Source: Peptococcaceae bacterium UBA5356
Lineage (GTDB): Bacteria; Bacillota; Peptococcia; DRI-13; DTU073
Reading direction: 5' to 3'
Length of the DNA: 56,217 nt
Assembly: GCA_002407935.1 (NCBI GenBank)
Contig: DHPU01000002.1
Location: forward strand, 40,937 to 97,153
Under the pieces are notes generated by a model. The model worked only from the letters and a program-made list of their open reading frames with translations. It was not told the origin of the DNA and made no database searches. The translations under genes and the position numbers were made by a program. This document shows positions 48,186 to 56,217 of the stretch, in pieces. Position 1 is the stretch's first letter. Each line of letters opens with the position of its first letter.

Positions 48186-50756
48186 TTAATTACCGTAATA
48201 CGCTTTTAAATAGAGGTCTTTTAATTCTGCTACCAGCGGCATACGGGGATTTGCCGTAGTGCTTTGGTCTTCAAAGGCTTTATCGGCCAGTTCATCAATA
48301 ACTTGCAGAAAACGCCCCTCCTCTATTCCCGCGTCTTGAAGCGTGGTTGGAAGCTGCAGTTCAATAAGCAGATTACGAATGGCCCCAATTAGATTATAGA
48401 CCCCTTCTTCTGCCGTATGACAAGGAAGACCTAGATTTCTGGCTACTTGTGCATATTTATCAGCAGCTATATAGTATTCATATTTAGGAAAGGGATTAAA
48501 CTTGGTAGGAACCGAAGCATTATAGAGAATTACATGTGGTAATAGGATCGCATTAGCCCTGCCGTGCGCGAGATGGAACTCCCCTCCCAGTTTGTGTGCT
48601 AAACTATGATTAATCCCCAGAAAAGCATTAGTAAAGGCCATTCCGGCGATACAGGAAGCGTTATGCATTTTTTCCCGTGCTTCTAAGTCCTTATTATTTT
48701 GGAAGGAGCGAGGCAGATAGGCAAAAACGAGTTCAATGGCTTTCATGGCCAGTCCATCGGTGTAATCCGAAGCTAAGACCGAAACGTATGCTTCTAAGGC
48801 GTGGGTGAGGACATCCAGTCCTGTATCGGCCGTAACGCTGGGGGGAACACTTAAAACAAAATCCGGATCAATAATGGCCACATCCGGCGTTAATTCGTAA
48901 TCAGCCAGCGGATATTTCATCCCTTTTTCCGTATCTGTAATTACCGTAAAGGAAGAAACCTCCGAACCGGTTCCGGAAGTAGTCGGAATAGCGACGAACT
49001 TGGCTTTTTGGCCGAGTATAGGATATTTGAAGACCCGTTTTCGGATATCCATGAATTTCATGCGTAAATCAGCGAAATCTGTTTCCGGATATTCATAAAA
49101 AAGCCAGATTGCTTTAGCGGCATCGATAGACGAACCACCACCTAAGGCAATAATTACATCAGGTTGGAAAGCATTAATTGCTTCCAACCCTTCTTTGATC
49201 GTTTTAACTGTAGGATCCGGGGTAACCTTATCAAAGATTTCCGCATGAACATAATTTTGACCGGTTCCCTTCCTTAAATGATAAAGAACCTTATCTACAT
49301 AGCCGAGTTTTCTCATCATTTGATCCGTCACAATAAAAGCCTTAGAGATATCTGGCATTTTTGCTAAGTACTGAATCGAACCAAATTCGAAATAGATTTT
49401 AGACGGTATTTTAAACCATTGCATATTATATCTTCTTTTTACCACCCTTTTGCGATTAATTAAGTTTACCGAGGAAACATTAGCCGTGGTACTATTGCGT
49501 CCAAAAGAACCACATCCTAGCGTCAGAGAAGGCATGTTAGTGTTATAGATGTCTCCAATGGCACCGTGACTGGATGGCTGATTAATAATAATTCTCCCGG
49601 TATTAAGCCGTCGGGCGAATTCTTCAATTACCTCCTGATTATTAGAATGGAGCACGGCTGAATGACCGGAGCCGCCAAAATTGACCATTTCTATTGCTTT
49701 CGTGATTCCTTCTGCTGCCCCCCTTACCTTAAAGCAAGCTAAAATCGGACTAAGCTTTTCGCGGGAAAGAGGCTCTTCCGGCCCTACTTGCCCTATTTCA
49801 GCAATTAAGATCTTCGTATCCTGCGGTATATTTAGGCCCGCCATTTGAGCAATGGTATAAGCCGATTGTCCGACTATTTTCGGACTCATATTACCGTGTT
49901 CATCAATCGCTATTTCTCTGATACTGTTCTTCTCTTCTTCATTCAGAAAATAGCAGCGATTGATTTTTAGATAATCGGTAACCGCCTGATAAATTTCCTC
50001 ATCAATGATTACCGCTTGTTCCGATGCGCAAATCATCCCATTATCAAAAGTTTTGGATAAAATTAAATCCGTTACGGCTCTCCTGATTTCCGCGCTTTTT
50101 TCAATATAACAAGGTACATTACCCGGCCCAACGCCCAAGGCGGGTTTTCCGGCACTATAGGCCGCTTTAACCATCGAAGAGCCCCCCGTAGCTAAAATCA
50201 AAGAGATACCGTCATTATTCATTAAATGCTGAGTTGCTTCAATCGAGGGTTCCTCAATCCATTGAATACAATTTTCCGGAGCCCCGGCCTTTACAGCGGC
50301 TTCTCTCATTACTCGGGCTGTTTCCACACTGCACTGTTGAGAACCGGGATGAAAAGCAAAAATGATCGGGTTACGGGTTTTTAGGGAAATAATTGCTTTA
50401 AAAAGTGTTGTGGAAGTAGGATTGGTGACCGGAGTAATTCCGGCAATTAATCCTACCGGTTCAGCCAGATCAAAATAGCCCTCCTCCTCGTTATCTTCAA
50501 TTATGCCTACCGTTTTCTGATACTTTATACTGTGATAAATATATTCTGAGGCAAAAAGATTTTTAATAATCTTATCCTCGTACACCCCTCTTTTGGTCTC
50601 TTCAACAGCCAGTTTGGCCAGTCTCATATGATTGGCCAGACCGGCTAAAGCCATTTCCTTGATAATACCGTTTACTTGCTCCTGGTTTAATTTAATCATT
50701 TCTTTTAAGGCTAATTTTCCTTTTTCTATCATTTCTTCAATCGTACTGCCGCTCAT
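48186..50756 (-). CDS. adhE: Bifunctional acetaldehyde-CoA/alcohol dehydrogenase
   Basis: PVTNPTST, GVGPGN, FDNGMICASE, EKLSP, GGGS..DAAK, TTSGTGSE, HSLAHK. Confidence 0.96.
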   Translation of the reverse strand: MSGSTIEEMIEKGKLALKEMIKLNQEQVNGIIKEMALAGLANHMRLAKLAVEETKRGVYEDKIIKNLFASEYIYHSIKYQKTVGIIEDNEEEGYFDLAEPVGLIAGITPVTNPTSTTLFKAIISLKTRNPIIFAFHPGSQQCSVETARVMREAAVKAGAPENCIQWIEEPSIEATQHLMNNDGISLILATGGSSMVKAAYSAGKPALGVGPGNVPCYIEKSAEIRRAVTDLILSKTFDNGMICASEQAVIIDEEIYQAVTDYLKINRCYFLNEEEKNSIREIAIDEHGNMSPKIVGQSAYTIAQMAGLNIPQDTKILIAEIGQVGPEEPLSREKLSPILACFKVRGAAEGITKAIEMVNFGGSGHSAVLHSNNQEVIEEFARRLNTGRIIINQPSSHGAIGDIYNTNMPSLTLGCGSFGRNSTTANVSSVNLINRKRVVKRRYNMQWFKIPSKIYFEFGSIQYLAKMPDISKAFIVTDQMMRKLGYVDKVLYHLRKGTGQNYVHAEIFDKVTPDPTVKTIKEGLEAINAFQPDVIIALGGGSSIDAAKAIWLFYEYPETDFADLRMKFMDIRKRVFKYPILGQKAKFVAIPTTSGTGSEVSSFTVITDTEKGMKYPLADYELTPDVAIIDPDFVLSVPPSVTADTGLDVLTHALEAYVSVLASDYTDGLAMKAIELVFAYLPRSFQNNKDLEAREKMHNASCIAGMAFTNAFLGINHSLAHKLGGEFHLAHGRANAILLPHVILYNASVPTKFNPFPKYEYYIAADKYAQVARNLGLPCHTAEEGVYNLIGAIRNLLIELQLPTTLQDAGIEEGRFLQVIDELADKAFEDQSTTANPRMPLVAELKDLYLKAYYGN

Positions 50757-50857
50757 TACATCCTTCCTCTCGGAAATTTGTTATAGTATCTATAAAGTAG
50801 TTTGTTTGTTTTTGTCTGTTTTGATTCATCTTTCACTAACTACATATCAGCTTTTTT

Positions 50858-51190
50858 CTATTTTAATTTGGGATCTTTTTTAGGTACATCTTTCTTTATA
50901 GTCTTAATTTTATCTTTTGTCGGCTTTGTATCATGAGTAGATTCATCCCGTGAAGTCTCTATGGGAACTGTTAATTCATCAGGGACAGCCGAAATGAATG
51001 CCTCAAAAACATCTCTGTTCCCCTTTTTATTAAGCGTCTCTCCTGTAAAATGATAAACCGGCTGAATGTGCGTTTGTTTACTATCTGGGGTAGAATCTTC
51101 CCAATAAACTAGATCTACTTTTTTAATATTCACCGTTTCTGCATCACCGTTCATTCTTATAGAACCTTTAAAGTTTTTTAAGTCGTTCAA
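50858..51190 (-). pseudogene. 5'-truncated gene fragment
   Basis: No SD; frame begins exactly at the junction with the transposase fragment; reads like a C-terminal domain with low-complexity tail. Confidence 0.55.
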
Positions 51191-51811
51191 TTAAAGAATA
51201 TTGGTAAACAAAAATTATATCGTCCAGATACCGGTATTACTGATATGTTTACTAATCTACAACCGATACTTACCCGTCCTATTAATTGGGAGCTTATACG
51301 GCAGCAATACGACCAAATGGTTAAATATGCTACTGCGTTGCGCCTGGGAACTGCTGAAACCGAAGCAATAATGAAAAGGTTTACGAGAAATAATTTGAAA
51401 CATCCTACATATCTTGCTTTAGCAGAATTGGGAAAAGCCATTAAAACAATATTCCTTTGTGAATACCTAAATTCTGAGAAATTGAGGATAGAAATTCATG
51501 AAGGGCTAAATGTGGTTGAAAACTGGAATTCAGCAAATGTATTTATTTTTTATGGAAAAGGTGGAGAAATATCAACTAACCGTATTGAAGACCAAGAACT
51601 TGCTGTATTAAGTTTACACCTATTACAAAACTGCCTTGTCTACGTCAATACTTTAATGATTCAGAAAATACTATCACAAGATAAGTGGCATGACATAATG
51701 ACACCGGAAGATCTCAGGGCACTCACGCCACTTATCTATGCTCACATAAATCCATATGGAAACTTTAATCTTGATATGAATGAAAGAATACCTATAGACA
51801 TCGCTATATGA
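51191..51811 (+). mobile_element. Tn3-family transposase C-terminal fragment (pseudogene)
   Basis: [56 protein letters not shown]; about 206 codons versus roughly 1000 aa for an intact Tn3 TnpA. Confidence 0.9.
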
Positions 51812-52068
51812 AATAGCTTCAAGGGGGAGTACTAGCGAAGCTGTCACTAACCGCAAAGCGAATGGCAATTTGTGTTAATTAACAATCGGATTAACGCATT
51901 TTCGAAAAGCTATCATATGGTCTTATTCGGATAAATGAAAAACGAGCCTCCCAAAATACCTAGAAAAGCTCGTTTGGCATACATAAAATAATATGAAAAA
52001 CATTTTAGCATACTTATTATGGTACACTGGCGGTAAAACTTGGATTTAAGATATTAACTGTGGAAGTT

Positions 52069-52518
52069 TCATGGTAATCCCCAATCATGAATTTTCCATT
52101 TAGCATTCTTGGTTTCTTTGACTAGTATAAAATACTGTTTATACTTCTTTTGATCAATATTATTAAAATAAGTTACACGAAAGCTCATTGATTGAAATGG
52201 ATCGTGACCATAATTGGATTTATAACTATGAGGTGGCAAACGAAACTTGTCATCTTTAATATACTCAATTGATGTTAATTTAGGTTTCCATCCCTTTATA
52301 TTTGTTTCGTTAAATCTTCCTGCCAGATATCTGCCAATAGTACCATTAGCCCCTTTTACATCTTCATTGTTTACAGCTGCAAATAAATCAGTAATAACTC
52401 GTTTCCCATCCGAAATATCATCATTAGTGATCGTTTTAGAGAAGTAACTGTTAGCAATAACGATAACTACAGTACAAATTAGTATGATAGTTAAGAATAT
52501 CATTACCCATTTTTTCAT
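52069..52518 (-). CDS. Exported/anchored protein, DUF4829-like
   Basis: N-terminal hydrophobic segment; C-terminal YFILVKETKNAKWKIHDWG; SD AAGGAG. Confidence 0.7.
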   Translation of the reverse strand: MKKWVMIFLTIILICTVVIVIANSYFSKTITNDDISDGKRVITDLFAAVNNEDVKGANGTIGRYLAGRFNETNIKGWKPKLTSIEYIKDDKFRLPPHSYKSNYGHDPFQSMSFRVTYFNNIDQKKYKQYFILVKETKNAKWKIHDWGLP

Positions 52519-52612
52519 AATTTATACTCCTTAAGATATATAAAAAGGACTTACCACTAAGAATATTAAATTGGTTAATTTTAGCAGTAAGTCCTACTTT
52601 AGATGGCTAGTG

Positions 52613-53875
52613 TTAACTACTAAATTGTGCTGTGCCAAAATAAATTTGTCTCATATAACAGTCATTTCCGCCAAACGATATAATAACATCCCAAAGATTT
52701 GCATTGTAATTGTCATAAGAGTGATAAGAAATCAAAATATCACTATAATACTGGGGAGAAGTAGGAGTATATGTTACGAACGTAGAATGGTGATAATCTG
52801 TTAATTCACCAAACTGAAGTACATCACCATATTTTATAGCACTAGGCGAAAGGTTATAGTATGGGTTATTATTATTTACCCCAGTTCCTTTAGGACCGTA
52901 TGTTTTAGAACTTGTTGCATAGCTCCAAAAGTTGGTAACACTTTCCCATTTACCTGAACCACCGCCTCCAACACGGCCACCGAACCAGCCGGTTGTGTAA
53001 GTACCATTAACCATTCTAACTTTATTACTGATATTACTTTTTGATAATGTATCGTTTCCTTCTACGTATCCTCCATAAGCTGCCCAGACACACTGAGATA
53101 CGAAGTTTGTACAATCTCCACCACTTTCATCGGGTACGGTATAAAAAAACCTCTCGTTTAAATCACTTTCTTCCGCAAATCTTTGGGCATAATTTCTACC
53201 CAACATTCTGTTATATGTAAAACTCGTAGCAGGAGTTACTAATGAAGAACCTACTACTTGTTGCTTAATCGTTGCAGCACTACCATCGATATATTTTTTG
53301 GTTTGTTCAATACTTTTCATTTTTTCTTCTTTCGCTTTAGTAATAGCATCTCTTTGAGAAAGTCCTTGTTTTACTTTTTTGTTAACTAAAGTTTTGAAAC
53401 AATCAGCCGCTAAAGAATTACAATTAATACTGCTTAATTTCCATTTTTTATTACTCTTAACTAAATTAAAAGTATAGTCGCTAGAAAGCGAAGAAATTGA
53501 ATTTGGCGTGGTCGAGTAAACATAATCAAGATGCATAAGAACTTTTACAGTTGCATTATTGCCTGAGATAGAAATATCTTTGTAATCCAAACTTACCTTA
53601 TAGTCTTTATAGTATAAGCCAATTGCTTTGTCTCCTTCAACCATGAACTCCTGTACTGCTTTATTAAAATAAGTATTATCATTATCTTCAAGGAACTCAT
53701 TAGAATTAATGACATCCATTTTCTGGAAAGACTTATAATAGTTATCAAAATATTTCTCTATAACAGCTTTGATGTTTTCATTATTTGTTGTTTCAGCCCC
53801 GAATGCTAGATTGTAGTTTCCTAGAATCAAGGTAAAAATAACTATTAGAAAAATTATTTTTTTTATTTTATTCAT
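52613..53875 (-). CDS. Secreted protein with Amidase_6-type (NlpC/P60-like) domain
   Basis: Signal peptide; YNR...YA, GGDCTNFVSQC, GDVLQ..HHS..V, ISYHS; ATG 53875 after SD GGGAG. Confidence 0.82.
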   Translation of the reverse strand: MNKIKKIIFLIVIFTLILGNYNLAFGAETTNNENIKAVIEKYFDNYYKSFQKMDVINSNEFLEDNDNTYFNKAVQEFMVEGDKAIGLYYKDYKVSLDYKDISISGNNATVKVLMHLDYVYSTTPNSISSLSSDYTFNLVKSNKKWKLSSINCNSLAADCFKTLVNKKVKQGLSQRDAITKAKEEKMKSIEQTKKYIDGSAATIKQQVVGSSLVTPATSFTYNRMLGRNYAQRFAEESDLNERFFYTVPDESGGDCTNFVSQCVWAAYGGYVEGNDTLSKSNISNKVRMVNGTYTTGWFGGRVGGGGSGKWESVTNFWSYATSSKTYGPKGTGVNNNNPYYNLSPSAIKYGDVLQFGELTDYHHSTFVTYTPTSPQYYSDILISYHSYDNYNANLWDVIISFGGNDCYMRQIYFGTAQFSS

Positions 53876-54008
53876 ATTGATCACTCCCAAACATGATTTT
53901 TACTTTGAGAATATCTTTTAGACTCACATTTTAACTACAAAATATTCTATGTTTTCATATTTTTACACCACCTTACGATTAATTAGTGCTTGCTAAAAGT
54001 CTGTACTT

Positions 54009-54037
54009 ATAGTACCATAAATGATTATCAATGGCAA
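54009..54037 (-). promoter_or_regulatory. SigA-like promoter of the amidase gene
   Basis: Minus strand TTGCCA, 17 nt, TACTAT. Confidence 0.55.
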
Positions 54038-54289
54038 ATAGTTAATATTATGTTACTTAATATTAATTTATCCGTGTAAGTCGTTTTTTTGGCATCCATA
54101 TCCTTCGTTGGTACAATTCCTAATATAAAGAGAGTTACATTCACAAGTTCCGAGTGTATAAATGAAGTGGAAACCCCTATATTTCAAAGGCTTCCACTTT
54201 TTGAGTTAAGATAATGACAGCTTCGCCGGTACTACCCCCAAATAAGTAGTTTATGGGCATGTGCCACAATAAATGGGATTATTTTACAT

Positions 54290-54466
54290 TTACTTTGCAG
54301 TACATGACACGGATGCTCCCACCACCCCATCATGGGGCAAAAGCCCTCCGATAACAGGGAAATCAATTCTTGTGATTTTTTTATTAAAGCCAGAGGTACT
54401 AAATCCAAATACGATCAATATAACAACCATTAGCCCAAAGCATAAACCGATAAATGTTTTTTTCAT
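54290..54466 (-). CDS. 58-aa small exported peptide
   Basis: MKKTFIGLCFGLMVVILIVFGFSTS..; ATG 54466 after SD AAGGAG. Confidence 0.6.
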   Translation of the reverse strand: MKKTFIGLCFGLMVVILIVFGFSTSGFNKKITRIDFPVIGGLLPHDGVVGASVSCTAK

Positions 54467-54605
54467 AATCAAAAACTCCTTTATTAAATTAATATCATTT
54501 ATAATTAGTCCCATAATTTAACTGTCATTATTTAGTATACAATAAAATTTTCCATAATAACAAACGTGATAATATAAAAAATATGTATAGAACGTTACAA
54601 TATTC

Positions 54606-54653
54606 AAAAAAGGTTAAGAAACTACTGGTTATCAGCAGTCTCTTAACCTTTTT
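54606..54653 (-). terminator. Intrinsic terminator after oxidoreductase operon
   Basis: AAAAAAGGTTAAGA...TCTTAACCTTTTT. Confidence 0.8.
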
Positions 54654-54703
54654 AAAACTTGTTCAAGTATTTTTTATTTAACTCTTATCTTGTCCTAATT
54701 TAT

Positions 54704-55252
54704 TTATTTCGTTTCCAGAGCTTTTTTGCCCCATTCCCAGCCTAGCTTAAGTGCTTGCACATTTAGGTCAGCAACTTTGGGTAGCCGGTTGCGTGTTGCT
54801 TCTTCCAGCGCATTTAAGGGAACAAGATTCCCTATCGCAGCGAGTGCCCCAATAGCCAGCACATTAGCAGTAAGGATATTCCCGATTTGTTCTCTCGCTA
54901 GTTGTGAAATAGGCACATTGATTACTTGAGCCTTTACTGCCGGCATTTCATTCACAATACTATTATCCACCAAGATAACTCCATCCTCGGTAACTTTATC
55001 CGCATATAAATCCGCAGCCTTTTGCGACATCAGCAATAAATATTGGGGCATAATGACCTTGGGATATTTAATTGGTTGATCACTTAAGATAACCTCAGCT
55101 TTACTAGCCCCTCCCCTAGCTTCTGGTCCATAACTTTGGGTTTGCACAACCTCTTGACCATCAAGAACAGCAGCTTCTCCCAGGATAATGCCGCCGGAGA
55201 TAATCCCTTGTCCGCCGGTACCGCTTAAACGGATATTGATTTTAAAAGACAT
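54704..55252 (-). CDS. 2-oxoacid:ferredoxin oxidoreductase gamma subunit
   Basis: SGTGGQG, QTQSYGPEARGGAS. Confidence 0.93.
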   Translation of the reverse strand: MSFKINIRLSGTGGQGIISGGIILGEAAVLDGQEVVQTQSYGPEARGGASKAEVILSDQPIKYPKVIMPQYLLLMSQKAADLYADKVTEDGVILVDNSIVNEMPAVKAQVINVPISQLAREQIGNILTANVLAIGALAAIGNLVPLNALEEATRNRLPKVADLNVQALKLGWEWGKKALETK

Positions 55253-55254
55253 CC

Positions 55255-56076
55255 TTATTCAGCTCCTTTCTGCAGACTGGCAATAAGCCGGTCATATAAC
55301 TCGGTAAATTCAGGAGCTTGTTCGTGATATATTTCGCCGATTAAAAATTTATCGGTCAATTGTTCAGAAGTCATTTTCTCCGCTGCTTTAATGTTGACAG
55401 CATGCTCCTTTAGCCAGGTCATCATCTGGGGGGCATTACCCATCTTGTTACGGCGTCCGTAAGAAATGGGACAAAGGGAGACGGCTTCTACAAAGGAAAA
55501 CCCTTTATTATCAATTGCTTTTTTAAGGAGTTCCGTAAGTAATTTTACATGATAAACGGTACTTCTTCCGACATAGGTAGCTCCGGCCGCTTGCGTCAAT
55601 TTACAAATATCAAAAGCACGTTCCAAATTACCGTAAGGAGAAGTAGTGGCAAATTTACCGTGTGGGGTCATGGGTGAATATTGCCCCCCGGTCATGCCAT
55701 AGATATTGTTATTAAACATAATTACATTCAGATCAATATTACGTCTGGCGGCATGGATTAAGTGATTTCCGCCGATGGCCGAACCATCACCGTCACCTGT
55801 CAGCACAAAGACCTGCAGTTCGGGATTAGCCAGTTTAATCCCCGTAGCAAAGGCAATCGCCCGTCCGTGGGTGGTATGAACCGTATCAAAATTCATATAA
55901 CCGGAGGCTCGTGAAGAGCAACCGATTCCGGAAACAATGACCGTTTTATCCTGTTCTAATCCAGATTCATGAATAGCCTCCAGAATGGCTTTCATGACAA
56001 TCCCGTTACCACAGCCCGGACACCAGATGTGAGGTAAGCGGTTAAGACGCAAGTACTTTTCCACATCTTTAAGCAT
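55255..56076 (-). CDS. 2-oxoacid:ferredoxin oxidoreductase beta subunit
   Basis: WCPGCG, SGIGCS, HGRA, GDGD, NNNIYGMTGGQ. Confidence 0.95.
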   Translation of the reverse strand: MLKDVEKYLRLNRLPHIWCPGCGNGIVMKAILEAIHESGLEQDKTVIVSGIGCSSRASGYMNFDTVHTTHGRAIAFATGIKLANPELQVFVLTGDGDGSAIGGNHLIHAARRNIDLNVIMFNNNIYGMTGGQYSPMTPHGKFATTSPYGNLERAFDICKLTQAAGATYVGRSTVYHVKLLTELLKKAIDNKGFSFVEAVSLCPISYGRRNKMGNAPQMMTWLKEHAVNIKAAEKMTSEQLTDKFLIGEIYHEQAPEFTELYDRLIASLQKGAE

Positions 56077-56217
56077 GGGCGACCGCCTCCTTCACTTTAT
56101 TGACTATTTCGGCAGGCGTAATCAGTTCTCCATTGATTTTATTGATACCCTGCAGTAATTCTTTATTGTACATGGTTCGTTCTACTTCAAGGCGTAGTTG
56201 TCCGGCGTTCATTTCAG
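56069..56217 (-). CDS. 2-oxoacid:ferredoxin oxidoreductase alpha subunit, 3' end (partial)
   Basis: EMNAGQLRLEVER...GELITPAEIV; stop overlaps the beta subunit start. Confidence 0.88.
   Translation of the reverse strand, partial: EMNAGQLRLEVERTMYNKELLQGINKINGELITPAEIVNKVKEAVAHA

Larger units (their letters stand above)
51823..54239. mobile_element. Segment bounded by imperfect 24/25-bp inverted repeats
   Basis: GGGGGAGTACTAGCGAAGCTGTCA (51823-46) and TGACAGCTTCGCCGGTACTACCCCC (54215-39). Confidence 0.65.

Noticed and set aside
50778-50840. Rex operator upstream of adhE
   Set aside because: Only half-site matches (TTGTTAT, TTCACTA) to TTGTGAA-N4-TTCACAA; too weak to call

Overview
Core-chromosome window from a low-GC, endospore-forming anaerobic Firmicute (Clostridia-like; inferred from spoVS, spoVK, SigH promoters, Firmicute LexA boxes, adhE and 2-oxoacid:ferredoxin oxidoreductase). 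The first 42 kb is mostly + strand housekeeping: rimO-pgsA-pgpA, an FtsH paralogue, cinA, a DEAD helicase, recA-recX-rny-ymdB-spoVS, cobU-cobS-cobC, guaB, miaB-mutS-[hydantoinase-like]-[HDAC-like]-mutL-miaA-hfq-spoVK, hflX-ynbB and lexA/yneA. A Xer dif site sits at 41766-41793 and gene orientation flips to the minus strand about 3 kb later, so the window probably spans the replication terminus. The right part holds dagK-ltaS, a type III PKS/methyltransferase pair, adhE, a decayed Tn3-family island with a secreted Amidase_6-type gene and partner, and oxidoreductase subunits. The most notable unexplained signals are: a multi-stem leader with competing terminator/antiterminator upstream of rny; an amidohydrolase/deacylase pair inside the mutS-mutL operon; a 39-nt group IIC intron scar; three nearby genes apparently starting at ATA/ATC/ATT; a JAMM motif in the HflX N-terminal extension; and two small genes missing from the ORF track. 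All calls are from reading the sequence only; no searches were run.
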